This document shows, one piece after another, positions 1 to 13,465 of a stretch of 64,000 bases of DNA. Origin of the DNA: Phoronis australis. Taxonomy: Eukaryota > Animalia > Phoronida. The notes beneath the pieces are model-generated. The model was given only the letters and a program-made list of their open reading frames with translations. It did no database searches and was not told where the DNA came from. The position numbers and the translations under genes are program-made. Positions within the stretch are counted from its first letter, which is position 1. Each line of letters opens with the position of its first letter. The stretch spans positions 161,396-225,395 of the forward strand of contig NMRA01000016.1 of NCBI GenBank assembly GCA_002633005.1. Direction: 5' to 3'.

Positions 1-720
1 AGTCTTTGTGCACATTCACAGAGATCATTCAACTACCGGTATATTGTTTTTGTACTATAACGTATTTCTGGTGTATTATGCAAACAAGCTGTATTTTACA
101 CCATTAGTCAATGTTTTAGTCATTGAGGCACAAATTTTGCCCAGTCTCAAGTGTTTTGTGTTATTTTTGTTGCCTGACAATGCCAGAATAACTTCCTAGT
201 AACATTCAGACTTAGTTTGCATTTTCGCCACTAGGTGTCTCTTTACGTTTTTTAAATTTCAGTTTACAATTAATTTACAATAGTAAAACGTGTAATGTGA
301 GTGTAATATTGTTCAATACAATGGCACTGATGGGACCATATTACTGTTGTTTTTACAAATATAAGTTTACTAAGCTGTTTTGTGATTATTATATAACTTC
401 AAACTCAAATTTCTCAAAAATGTGCAACTTTATATGTGGGAACTTTTTAGATTTTGAAAACACTCTAATAAATGAATTAAAAAACACCAAAATAAAATTG
501 CCCCCTAAAGTACTCACAAAAACCATTTTCTAGAGGCCCTACAAAATCTGGCCCACCGACTATATTCGATTAGCCTAAAGAATATATTTCCGACCCGTAC
601 GCGAATGCATGTTTACAGTAACTATCGACTATGCAAGCAACAACTGAAAAGTGATGTCCATGAGGAAATTATGTCATTTCCCATGTGAAAGCAGACATGA
701 TTCTTAATGATTGTATTTAC

Positions 721-850
721 CGGAACAGTTGTATAACTGGTTGAGTGTCTTGATATCATAAAACGTCATGCGTTTGCGCTGCCCTGGCAAGAATTCTAGA
801 GCTTTGGTCTTCACTATCATTGTTTTCAGGTTTCGAGCTGTTTGGTAAGT
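721..850 (-). CDS. Astacin exon: end of the protease domain
   Basis: Reads ttcag|ACT TAC CAA...TGT TCC G|gtaaat; 130 nt; encodes TYQTARNLKTMIVK...GQRKRMTFYDIKTLNQLYNCS. Confidence 0.9.
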
Positions 851-2063
851 CTGAAATGATACAGAAATCCACACTGTAGTTTTCATCATGTTTATCGTTT
901 GCCCCATAAATGATCGAGCTACCAGATATTGTAAAATCAACGATGACCTGCAACAGTAAGCTAAACAGCTTACTCTTGCAATTCAAAATTCCGAACACTT
1001 CGACCAATCAGCGGCGTCTCATTTGTTTAATGTGCTTGCACAGCACGCAAGCAAGGCTCCTCGCCATCCGCTTGTAGTCGAGTTGCATGACCTCGCGTTT
1101 CTACTGAGCTACATGTAGAAACTTGCTCTACGTATCGTAGCTCTGTATATGCTGCCTCTTTGTCGTATCGCATTTAATCGACTAAACTGTTAAGTTGGTG
1201 CATGTTTGAATATTTATTTTGTGACCCGAAGATCCTTCTTGGTTGAAGCCCAGTTTACGCCACTCCAGTATTCGTGTACACACACAAAACTTTCATATAC
1301 AAATGTGTCGTACATGTACATAACCAACCAGTTTCGACAATGTCCAGTGCAAAGCAGATGATTAAAATGACGTCAAGTGTGCGATGCGATGTCTTCTGAA
1401 ATTTAAACAGTGGACGTTGTGGACACATTTAAAGTTTCGGTAATTGCGTGATAAATGTAAGATTGGATTCCAAAAGCACTGAAATTAAACGCTCTCAGCT
1501 CGACAACGGATGGCCATGTAACGTCACAGTGAAATATTGATCGTTGGTTATTTTATTGTGGGCAGTGGTACGTCAGATACTTCCGTCGGTGTCCTTGGAC
1601 TGTGGCATAACCTACCGTGAGACTATAGTGCATTATACTCTCCAGGTCGTAAGGCACCAAATTCCGAGCAGTATGCATTATTTCGTACTCATATCGTTTG
1701 GACTCTTGTATGTTAGCCATGAGCACTTTCACATAGTTGTCGCGATCAGTCCTCACTTGTTCGTGTACCAGACCTAGTGAATGTAGTATCTCGTGGATTA
1801 TAATGCCCACCTGAAAGAAGAGAAATTCACGTGCGGGAGATGGCATTCCAGGAGTAGAGTTCTATGAGTTGATTGTACTACAAAAACTATAAGTGACCCT
1901 GCTGATCAAACTTTAACAATGTCTGTGTTTGACATATCATATGTATTCGGTTTTATGCTAACTAGTCCAAATCATACGTACGTCGGCACATGAAGACTTG
2001 GCAGCGTGGTGCAAAGTTATTCTCTGACCCCCACTCCCCCTTCGTCCGATTAGAGAGTTGCAC
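721..2063 (-). CDS. Astacin-family (M12A) zinc metalloprotease, partial gene (3 exons: 2063-1982, 1810-1616, 850-721)
   Basis: The exons splice in phase with AG/GT ends to give CNSLIGRRGSGGQRITL..C, then HEILHSLGLVHEQVRTDRD (HExxHxxGxxHE zinc motif), then YDLESIMHY (Met-turn), then GQRKRMTFYDIKTLNQLYNC (astacin C-terminus). The 5' and 3' exons were not located. Confidence 0.93.
1616..1810 (-). CDS. Astacin catalytic exon (zinc-binding motif and Met-turn)
   Basis: Reads ttcag|GTG GGC ATT...CTC ACG|gtaggt; 195 nt; encodes VGIIIHEILHSLGLVHEQVRTDRDNYV...YDLESIMHYSLT. Confidence 0.95.
1982..2063 (-). CDS. Astacin exon: CxSxIGR..Q.I.L..C segment
   Basis: Reads ttag|G TGC AAC TCT CTA ATC GGA CGA...GCC GAC|gtacgt; 82 nt, phase 2 to 0; absent from the ORF track. 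Confidence 0.88.
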
Positions 2064-2849
2064 CTAAATAAACCAGAGAACAAGGAAAAACTAGACGTAC
2101 ACCTGTGAATCCAGAGTCGACTTCACACTACTGGTATTCCCCTGCTCAGTGTTACACCTTTTAGGCACATCCAACACTGATTACTGAATGGTTCGTACAG
2201 TGCGAGGAACACAAGCAAATTACTCGTTAGGTAGATTATGAATATAGGTCAGCATTCGCTTAATTCATTCAAATGATATTGATCATCGTTTTCATTTTTT
2301 CTGACGTGCTTGTAAAATGTTATGTGCTTGTTTCACGTGTGATCTAATATTCTATTCATGCCAAACGTAAATCACCCAAGCCGAATGGCGAATACGAACA
2401 GTCTAATTTATGTCCAATGTGGGCGTACCTATGCAAGGCTCAATCCGATTTACGTAACGGTAATCGTATTAGGGAGGACAGAGAAAGAAGAGAACGGGTA
2501 TTATCTTGAGTTTTGTCAGTCGTAAGTAGAATTTTATTGTCTGTAGGACTTAAGTTGAGTTCCCGACTATTTCTGTGTTTCAGAGGACTTGCTGGCTATT
2601 TTACACAGGATCAGATACTTCTGTCGTCCTCTTGGTTAAAACATGACTTCCGTTATTAGGCTTTACTGGCCAGATGTTTTCACTCATCCAGGGAATATGA
2701 CGTCATACCACCTGCCGCTCGTAGTGTTAAAAATGGCCAGTTTCCGATTGTGAGAACTGATGAAGCACTGCTCGAAGAAAAAGTTGACAACGGGAATATT
2801 ATCATGGAGTTGGAAGGTATCGGCCTCCTAAGGTGTCACTCTATGCGCA

Positions 2850-3760
2850 GAAAGTATTTATAACAACATGACTGTAATGTTTTAGTCAGTGTGAGGCATA
2901 ATTCGCCGAAAAGCTTCCAGCGTCTGAAGCTCCTAAAGTACCTCCACAGTGTCTACTCGGCCAGCTAGGGACAGTGATCACTGTCTAGTCTACAAGATGG
3001 GTTCTCTTTGGTTCTTGAACAGACCAACAAGGCGATAATATATAAACCTCCAAAAGAAGCCTCAAAGATTCTATGACGTAATGAACAGACCTCTTGGACC
3101 CTAAGGAAGTCCTTATTCAGCAGGAGCCTTTACACGTTTCCGCGCGAATATACGATCGGTCACCGACTTTGCTACTCGTAAAGAAACAGCTGGTGACTCA
3201 TAAGCATCCTCTGAACACCAATGCTCAGAATTAGTAACAAATGTTCATCCTCCGAATACATTTGAATACCCATAGTTATACAACTCGATCTCACTGAAAT
3301 CTTTCAAGAACAAATAATTCGGCGCCATGCAAATATTCATTCCCGGAAGTCTACCTAACAAGGTGGGAGGGTGACTAGCGTATATCCGACGGAAGTGGAT
3401 TTGTTAGTGACAGTAAAATCTCCTTTAGAACTCAAAGACAGAAGACAAATCCAGGATGCACTGCGATCTTGTTCATCGATTCTTGCCGGGGGAACGGATC
3501 AGGAAATTGGACAGCCCCACTCAGTCTGTTTGAAAATGATGCCTATTATTCAACACTGCTCATGACATTGGTTTTGCCTTGGTTCCTTATATTTTTTCGG
3601 TTAAGCTCTGGTGGTCATGCAACAAAGTAAATGAGTCTGTGTTTGTTTGGAGACTTCAGAATGGAGGAACTACTGGTGAGTTCTATTTTTCACCTGGTGC
3701 CAGTCAAAAAGGACACATGCGAACTGGACTGTTTCCGGCTTACTGTAAAAGACTAGCGCT
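2850..3760 (-). mobile_element. Possible highly degenerate Gypsy-like reverse transcriptase remnant
   Basis: Interrupted minus-strand translation shows, in the expected order, KIEL, GIIFKQTEWGCP (compare GII..S.SEWASP), GYTLVTLP, EDEHL and EAFRRI. There are many stops and frameshifts, and no intact YxDD motif was seen. Confidence 0.3.
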
Positions 3761-4419
3761 GACTAACTTCTAAGAAGTTGTTCGCATGCATTCTCCAAAC
3801 TCACGGACTCGGCTCAGATTCAGATTCGAAACTTAATTCGTTATCTAGTATAAGTTTTACTTAATGGAAAGGCTACACGAAGCAATTTCTAAGTCGAGTT
3901 TTGAATAGACAGACAAAACCACGGGCCTAGATCAACTTCCTTTATGCTCAAGAAATCGTACAGGTAGTTCCAGCTCGAACTTTCCAGACATTTATAAGAT
4001 AAACAAATATTTTGCAGAGACATAACGCATAATACATGGTTGAAATAACTGAACACGGATCATTGAAAACTTACAAGTTTCCATTTTGGAAGTATAAATG
4101 GCTTCCTTTGTAGTCTGAGCTTACGCGTTGAAATCTTAAACACGTTTCGCTTTCTATCGTCGCCACGGCTTGACTGACTCGACCTTCCACGAAGCTCTGG
4201 TAAGTACCTTGTGACATGTAAAGATAACATGAACAGAATCATACACTGACACCTATCCGGTCAAGACTGGTCAACTTGACCGGTTTACGTACCGCGAAAT
4301 CTGTCTCAATGATCAAAGACACCAAGCAGTTGTAGGCAGTTACATAGCCTTTGGACGCCACAGGCTGCTGATGGGGTCTATCTCGAGACACATGATAAAG
4401 ACAGTGGAGGCAGCAACGG

Positions 4420-4650
4420 TACTTTTTAAGTTTTGCCTTTGAAAGTTTTAAAATGTCATATTTGAATAGTTCATGAATGTACACGTGGTTAGGTTTTTGA
4501 ATGGACAATAAATGTTTCTTTTACAAGCTAAAAAATTGAACAATGTTGTCAGCATTCTGCTGTTTATTAATTCTACTGGGTGTGCTATATAATTGGGTAA
4601 ATTACCAAACCAGCAGAAAACAGTTGGATCTTGAGCTAAGCCAAGCGTCA
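4420..4650 (-). repeat. Dispersed repeat, inverted copy of about 42335-42585
   Basis: The reverse complement shares blocks such as ctggtttgg, gcacaccca, ttgtaaaag, attcaaaaacctaa and gaactattcaaatatg with 42335-42585. Confidence 0.6.
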
Positions 4651-5929
4651 TCGTACACTTCTTGACATGGCAATGCATCTGGTCAAGTAAACTGAAAGAT
4701 GTTTTATAAGATTTGTAATTTAGTGATGATGATGTGAAGCAAAATATTGCGCCTCGTTTTAACTGCCTAAAATGCTTCATAAGCACTTAACGGAAGTCAA
4801 AATACTGCGACAGGTCGGAAGTTTTCTGCAAACAAATACAGTAGAATAAATTCAGAATGGGGTGGTTTTTACACAGTTTTCAAAACTGCTAGAAGGATCT
4901 AATCTCTAAAATCAAAACCCATTTTTTATATTTTCTGGTCTATTTAAAAACATATTCAAGATATGCGTCTGTTAGTTTGTGTTCGAGTTTAATATGGTCC
5001 GGTCAGTCAGTAATCCCCTGTAGCAGGAGCCAGGCGGCACCTGACGACAAGTAAGTTTGCAAATGTCTCTAATGAATAAGTTTATTCATTAAAGCAGGCA
5101 TAAGATGGCTTTCTGTCACAAAAGAATATTCACTGAGACAACGAAGTACATGTAAATGCACATACCGTTATGACATTTGTTTCGCTATGCTACATAGTCA
5201 AAATAGATGAAATTTTGGGGCTTGGAAGGAAATGAGACCAGGCTCAAGCTTTGTCAATATGCTCATCAAGCATAATGGTCTCGAACTATCAGTTCTTTAG
5301 AAGATCAAACTCACTTCCCCTGAAAAAGGAGACAAGGTAAGACCAATTTTACTGCGGGGAAAGTCTATTTCAAAATTTAGTTTCTTCGACGGAAAGTAGG
5401 TTTATCCCCCTTCTAAAGGGTTCCTGTTGCTGTTTTGGATTCTCATTGTTGTGTGTCAATATCCATCCTTTGCTTCTGTCAGCTACCATACCCGACGCTG
5501 CTGTCCAAAAATGCCTAAACGTAATGTAGTGTCAGCGACCCGTACTGACGTCATATGGTCATGTGTGTCAATTCGTTTCTCTGGATGTACGATGGTGTGA
5601 TGCACTTTTCCGGATACAAAACGTCACTAAAAGTGGTACAGTATGTCAAATTTCCAAGTGTCCCTGGACTGGCTCAACAGTGGCTAACAATTTGTAAAAT
5701 GTATTGTAATAAACATACAGTATCATCCTTTCTCAATGTAATGGCGTAGTGAACATGGACATTTGAAGTCACAACTAAAATCAGAAATGACAAAGATATA
5801 ACGAAGGGGAAACAGGTAGCGCGAATAGTGGTGAGTGTTGACAACAACAATATCGTTGTTAGTCGATTGAAATCTGTCGTTGTTGAGATATAGTGTCCAT
5901 TTAACTACCTCACTTGGGTGAATGATGGT

Positions 5930-6560
5930 GTTTTTATTGCTTCACAAATAAATGACAATACATTAAATACAAATATTTAGCCCAGAAAGCGAACCATTAT
6001 ATCCAGGCATTTAACTATAAAACTATAACTTACTTAAATAAAACATAACATTGAGCAACTATACCAAAAGTAAAGAAGACAAAAGACAAGAACAAAATCA
6101 TGAAGAAATAGAGGAGAACATATTAACAAGTGAATAATACACAAAAACATAAAATAAACAGAACTAAACAAAAAGCTCAGCGTAGATATTAATTCAGTTC
6201 CCTATTATGACATTTAAAAATAATATCAATAAGTTTTCTAAGTAACAGAGCATTACAGTCGTGATTTAAAACGTGACACTAGTAATTCTTAGATGTACAT
6301 ATTGACGGAAGGTGTATCTCGTTTATACCGATTGACAATAGCTAAATTTGATATGTTATTAATTCCGTGGATAACTTTATACGAACAAATTATCAAGTGC
6401 TGCTTCCTTAGCAGGAGGAGAGAAATCTAGTGGAGAGAACTAAGGACATTAATTGTTGTAGAATCCTTGACAGCCCCTGCCCCAGAAAGAACAGCTTGGT
6501 ACTGAAATGTCGAGCTTACAAAGTGTAGTCGAATTAGCGTTAAGATAAATAATGAAAAAG
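5930..6560 (-). mobile_element. Degenerate non-LTR retrotransposon (LINE, CR1/L2-like) 3' end
   Basis: Minus translation AVLSGAGAVKDSTTINVLSSLH*ISLLLLRKQHLIICSYKVIHG resembles the post-RT LINE motif (A.R...GA...T..L..L....L..RR..H.L...YKI.HG). The 3' tail at about 5930-6095 recurs at 42698-42862. Confidence 0.55.
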
Positions 6561-8453
6561 TTATCTATCAACTCTAAGTGGCATCTGGAAATATATAGTG
6601 TTCATCTTCTACCCCGTCTCTACATCATATGACGAAACGAATACAAACACGAATGATTAAGATATCTAGAAGAAACAGGTAGCGCCCGTGGTGGTGGATG
6701 TTGACAACAACAATGTCGTTGTGAGGACTGAAAACCCTATGTTTTAGATACTCCGTCACAACAACAGCCCCCGGTATAATGTCATTTTTATGGTGTCCTA
6801 TCTTAGGCCACTAGTTGTTTAATTATGCAGAGATGTTTCACAGTAAGCTATCTGCGGCAGCACTTCTCAGCTAGCACTTTAAATTGTTAATTAACTTCAG
6901 ATCCCGCATGCATGTATGCGGTCACCTGCAGACTATACACCCGCGCTTGTTTGTGGGAAACTCCGGTCTGCTGGCTTTTCGCTATCTCCGTCAAATCGGC
7001 AAAAGAGGTTACATTGAAAAATACAGCATAAGAAAAATTGAACTTTGCAGGGTGATATTCATTTGCTTTGACAATCAGCGTTTTTATTCCCTGAAATTAA
7101 TAAGTGCCCTAAAACGATGTTTCGAATATGTGTTAAGACCCTTTGCTTTTCCCAATAGCGAGTACTGACTGAGGCTAACAAAAAGTTAGGAGGCTGTTTC
7201 TCATCAAGCGTAGTCTTTTTGAAAAGGTTTAATTGACCATAGAAATAAGACAGTAAGGCAGTATCGTGGAGTTATAGCTGAAGTCACGTAAAGTCTCGTC
7301 TACAGACCCCGATTGTGGTGTACGAATTCTTATTTACGCTAATAGTGCCATCTTTGCTTTAAACTTTAAGAGCGCGAGGATAAGTGAATTAGAAGTCGAT
7401 GTACGTAATCATAGTTAACAGACTCCCTGCATATTTACATTTTCACATTGTCATGTTCCATTCCAAATTTCCCAAGCTTATGCGGCAGAATGCTGCATCC
7501 ATTCTGTCGTGCAGTTAAAATTTGATCAATGTTTGCTATGAAGTAGTTGATATATTGTCTGATCTTTTATTTATGCAATTCAAATGAACATGTTTTCTGT
7601 TGTGATATTTCACTAAAGTACTGTTTTCATAACTGACGATGTTGTTCCAGGTGTCAGGTTAGAACTCCATCATACTCCTACTCGTTTACGTCATATAGTT
7701 TCTGTAATATCTCAGATATTTCGCAAAAATAGTACCCAAGACGACCATTTTTTTAGTTTTCAACAACTTACTCCCGACCGCTAACTATAAAAAATTAGCC
7801 AAGATTTCTTTTATGGCCTCTAGTCATTTTAACTGTACTGTTATTTTTTTCAAAAGGGGCAATAACCGTTTTCTGACAAAACCTGTTGATTTAGGAACGC
7901 TTTGTTGGACAGACTTCTAGGTTTGAGAAGAGCTGAGCGGTCATTATATGCTTTAGACTAGACCCACCTGGTTGATTGTCTCGGCGGGTTAGTTTCAACC
8001 CTTAGTCCCCTAAGCAGAAAAGCAGCCAGGGAAATTTTGCACGATTAACTGTAACAGCTTCTTTAATGCGAAAAAACTTTAGTAGCTGTTAACCATCACG
8101 GTTTATTTTATCGCTTAAGCCTCGTGGGTAGCTCCTAACAACAGGCGAAAGCACATGGCAACAAGATATTGTCGCAATACAAGTAAGTTCATTTGTATGG
8201 GCTAAATAGGTTTCGGTCTCGTTGGGACATTCCCGGATGAAATGAATTCTTGATAGCATATGTCAGTAGAAATCCTATGTAGGATAACCTATATGTATAT
8301 ATATGCGTAGACATACACGTCTACGTAAACACGCACATACACGCACATATATATTCACACACGCGCGCATGTGTGTGCGTGCGTGCTTAAGTGTTTGTGC
8401 TAGTGAATAGTGACTTATCCGTTAACAGTGCTAGTCAGGCCTTGTGTGTGCCA

Positions 8454-11400
8454 ACAGATTTTGTCTATTGAGAATATATATATGTACTATATTATATAGT
8501 GGCATAAGGGATTACCACGAAGTTCTGAAGTATTGACATAAGTAGATTCTCTAGAAAAGGCAGCATAATTAATTTTGTACTAAAAGACCTACATGTATGC
8601 TATAAAATATTTTACCATATGCAATAAGCACACAAATTGACTTGAACATTGGATCAAAATCCTTGAAGTCGTTTAATCATTAAGATTCGTGGAGTGTTAT
8701 ACAGAAATTGGTTAACTTTTAGAGTCAATGGCAAATCGCTTGTGAAAGTACAAAATTAATTGAGTAAATGTGTTAGAAAGTTAAATGTTTTCAACTTTCT
8801 CTCGTTACATAACACGGTTGTACACGTCGACCTAAATAGTAGCGCTGCCAACTGAATGGTAGACTGCTGTCTACGACAGGTGCCGCTCATAAGTAATTGT
8901 CCAGGAGGGCAAAATACATGCAGGCAAACTTCAACAGCCACTTGTTCTAAAGGTTTTTTTAGAAACTAGAAACGGGTAGGCCTATGTGCATACATACCTC
9001 GGGCTAAAGAATTACAACAGTTAATTCATCGATGTAAAATCAAAACATGTATTCATTTCATATTAGCAAATTGAAACCTCAAAGGCTAAGAAAATACCTT
9101 GTGCGGACTCTTTAAGCGTAATAGATACAAGTGGCTCCAACTTGTCAGTATCTCATTTGTGATCCTGTTATTTCACCACATTTGTTCACTCGACGAAACC
9201 ACTTGAGACAGTGCGTGCAGATTTTGGTCTGGTGGATATTTAAATCTCTCCGAAGTGAGTAGCCAACGAAATCGAGCGCAGGCGCATGTACAAGACGAGA
9301 TGAACAATTCCAGAAGTGACGAACTTCGACAGTCTGGGGGGCTTCTTTTCCTCTTTCGTCGTACCAGAAAGAGTTTGATATCCATGCTTAAATTTAACTG
9401 ATTTTCAGTCTTTAAATATTTACTTGGTTGAACTCCCTCGAAGAGTCTCAGTTTTTTCAAATGGTCTTCGTCAATCAGTTTGATGAATATATAAAACTCG
9501 CTTTCTAAGCTGGACAAATTGTAGTTCTGAAGCCGATGACCTCGTAATTATAATTGCAAACCTATGTGATTTTTGGGAAAAATTATTTCTATAGCATTGC
9601 GTTAATGGGTGTCATGCCTGAACTCTAAACTTACATGCTGGGCAAAGTGAGCTTGCGAGGAAGGCGGTACCCAAAAGTCACCTGGTTCCAGAGCAGGAGA
9701 AGTGGAGTATCGTTTGTTTCGCAAATGTTTTCGAAAACAAAAGCAATAGAAAAAAACTTTCGCAGAGCGATATTTTCTCTATAAGCTTTTTACTTGACAT
9801 TTCTATAATTCTTACCAAACTTTCACGTTGACTTCTTCTATCAAACAATTTGAATAGTACTTTGCGTTATTTCTATTGAAGACTGGGCCTTTCGCGCAGT
9901 AAAATAGTATTTCAGTATCAACCGCGTTCTCCCTATGGTAACCTAAATCGATCCTGAACGGTTGTCGTAACCAAAATTCATAAAATCCGTAGTCATCAAA
10001 GCTTTCCTCTAACTCTTCGGGTTCTGCGAAGTATTAGAAGTATAGTATGAGTGTAGTAAAAAGTTCGGCCTGCATGTAGACTGGTGTACCAAAGCGGATC
10101 GCCAATATCAAATTGCAACACTAAGATATTGTAACCACATGTACATGTACATGTACACGCACGACCTCTGGATTTCTGTGATTTGATAATCTTACTCACC
10201 CCAGTTCCGGGTTTGGTGGAATGTGTATGGAACCCTTGCACCTTCCCATATACTCCCACTAACCTTCCGTTTCACCCTTCTCACAATCTGTAATAATAAC
10301 AAGAATGTGCGTATTTAAAAAGATTGGGCGCAGTTGTATTTGATGGCGCGAATGATGGACACCAACAGTTAAAAGGCCACAAGCAGAAATTATATTCCAG
10401 AAAGTGTTTTACTCAAAGGTATGTGTTACCTGATGGTGTGTCGAAGACTGCGGGAAGTTCCGTTCTCCATTGTTACCATCCTTTCCCAAGTGCATGCCGA
10501 AAGAAACTGCAAAGAGAAGTACGCTAAACAAGGCCGACATCGGCAATCGAAAGGCCATGCTTGTGATATATTGAGCACTGAACACAACTTTTTGGCAAAT
10601 CCGGAATCTCGACCGTCAAACAACACTAACTTTATACGACTAACCGCAAACTGAGTTCCGCGCAGCACAAAACTCCGTCCAACAGCTGTTATGACAGTCC
10701 TACGAACGCAACACCCAACGACCGTGGTGTTACAAACCATGAGACACGTGGATGTCGTTTTATGACTGTTTTTTTTTAAGTTAAGCTAGTTAGCCTACAT
10801 GTATTTTAAAGTAAACTCTTTTTCAAGCGTAACGCACTCGCCCGACATATATTTCATGGTGGCGACGTTCACTTCCACAGTTCGTTGAAAGAAGGCGCTC
10901 ATCAATACCTGCACATAGTTTACGCTATTCACTTAATTATTTTTAAATGCAATTTTGATGAACNACAGATTTTGTCTATTGAGAATATATATATGTACTA
11001 TATTATATAGTGGCATAAGGGATTACCACGAAGTTCTGAAGTATTGACATAAGTAGATTCTCTAGAAAAGGCAGCATAATTAATTTTGTGCTAAAAGACC
11101 TACATGTATGCTTTAAAATATTTTACCATATGCAATAAGCACACAAATTGACTTGAACATTGGATCAAAATCCTTGAAGTCCTTTAATCATTAAGATTCG
11201 TGGAGTGTTATACAGAAATTGGCTAACTTTCAGAGCCAATGGCAAATTGCTTGTGAAAGTACAAACTTAATTGAGTAAATGTGTTAGAAAGTTCCAATGT
11301 TTTCAACTTTCTCTCGTTACATAACACGGTTGTAGACGTCGACCTAAATAGTAGCGCTGTCAACTGAATGGTAAACTGCTGTCTACGACAGGTGCCGCTC

Positions 11401-13465
11401 AAAAGTAATTGTCCAGGAGGGCAAAATACATGCAGGCAAACTTCAACAGCCAGTTGTTCTAAAGGTTTTTTTAGAAACTAGAAACGGGTAGGCCTATGTG
11501 CATACATACCTCGGGCTAAAGAATTACAACAGTTACTTCATTGATGTAAACTCAAAACATGTATTCATTTCATATTAGCAAACTGAAACCTCAAAGGCTA
11601 AGAAAATACCTTGTGAGGACTCTTTAAGCGTAATAGATACAAATGGCTCCAACTTGTCAGTGTTTCATTTGTGATCCTGTTATTTCACCACATTTGTTCA
11701 CTCGACGAAACCACTTGAGACAGTGCGTGCAGATTTTGGTCTGGTGGATATTTAAATCTCTCCGAAGTGAGTAGCCAACGAAGTCGAGCGCAGGCGCATG
11801 TACAAGACGAGATGAACAATTCCAGAAGTGACGAACTTTGACAGGCTGGGGGGCTTCTTTTCCACTTTCGTCGTACCAGAAAGAGTTTGATATCCATGCT
11901 TAAATTTGACTGATTTTCAGTCTTTAACTATTTACTTGGTTAAACTCCCTCGAAGAGTCTCAGTTTTTTCAAATGGTCAGCCAGTTTGATGAATATATAA
12001 AATTCTCTTTCTAAGCTGGACAAATTGTAGTTCTGAAGCCGATGACCTCGTAATTATAATTGCAAACCTATGTGATTTTTGAGAAAAACTATTTCTATAG
12101 TATTGCGTTATTGGGTATCATGCCTGAACTCTAAACTTACGTGCTGGGCAAGGTGAGCTTGCGAGGAAGGCGGTACCCGAAGGTCACCTGGTTCCAGAGC
12201 AGGAGAAGTGGAGTATCGTTGGTTTCGCAAATGTTTTCGAAAACAAAAGCAATAGAAAAAAACTTTCGCAGAGCGATATTTTCTCTATAAGCTTTTTACT
12301 TGACATTTCTATAATTCTTACCAAACTTTCACGTTGCATTCTTCTATCAAACAATTTGAATATTACTTTGCGTTATTTCTATTGAAGACTGGGCCTTTCG
12401 CGCAGTAAAATAGTATTTCAGTATCAACCGCGTTCTCCCTATGGTAACCTAAGTCGATCCTGAACGGGCGTCGTAACCAAAATTCATAAAATACGTAGTC
12501 ATCAAAGCTTTCCTCTAACTCTTCGGGTTCTGAGAAGTATTAGAAGTATAGTATGAGTGTAGTAAAAAGTTCGGCCTGCATGTAGACTGGTGAACAAAAG
12601 CGGATCGCCAATATCAAATTGCAACACTATAAGATATTGTAACGACATGCACATGTACACGCATGACCTCTGGATTTCTGTGATTTGATAATCTTACTCA
12701 CCCCAGTTCCGGGTTTGGTGGAATGTGTATGGAACCCTTGCACCTTCCCATATACTCCCACTAACCTTGCGTTTCACCCTTCTCACAATCTGTAATAATA
12801 ACAAGAATGTGCGTATTTAAAAAGATTGGGCGCAGTTGTATTTGATGGCGCGAATGATGGACACCAACAGTTAAAAGGCCACAAGCAGAAATTATATTCC
12901 AGAAAGTGTTTTACTCAAAGGTATGTGTTACCTGATGGTGTGTCGAAGACTGCGGGAAGTTCCGTTCTCCATTGTTACCATCCTTTCCCAAGTGCATGCC
13001 GAAAGAAACTGCAAAGAGAAGTACGCTAAACAAGGCCGACATCGGCAATCGAAAGGCCATGCTTGTGATATATTGAGCACTGAACACAACTTTTTGGCAA
13101 ATCCGGAATCTCGACCGTCAAACAACACTAACTTTATACGACTAACCGCAAACTGAGTTCCGCGCAGCACAAAACTCCGTCCAACAGCTGTTATGACAGT
13201 CCTACGAACGCAACACCCAACGACCGTGGTGTTACAAACCATGAGACACGTGGATGTCGTTTTATGACTGTTTTTTTTTAAGTTAAGCTAGTTAGCCTAC
13301 ATGTATTTTAAAGTAAACTCTTTTTCAAGCGTAACGCACTCGCCCGACATATATTTCATGGTGGCGACGTTCACTTCCACAGTTCGTTGAAAGAAGGCGC
13401 TCATCAATACCTGCACATAGTTTACGCTATTCACTTAATTATTTTTAAATGCAATTTTGATGAAC
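8454..13465. repeat. 2.5-kb tandem duplication joined by a single N (8454-10963 / 10965-13465), probable uncollapsed haplotypes
   Basis: N at 10964. The copies differ by scattered SNPs and indels on the left and look identical over the right roughly 0.7 kb. Confidence 0.9.

Noticed and set aside
756-1007. 83-aa minus ORF with a good acceptor at 947 (VIVDFTISG...)
   Set aside because: The astacin homology is in the other frame, starting at the 850 acceptor; this frame has no recognisable motif.
5620-5685. Minus-strand PLLSQSRDTWKFDILYHF resembling the astacin N-terminal W...IPY.F
   Set aside because: It runs into an in-frame TAG with only a weak donor, so it cannot be supported as an exon.
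10324-13242. Identical ORF trios at 10324-10740 and 12826-13242
   Set aside because: They result from the single-N duplication and show no protein motifs or splice support.
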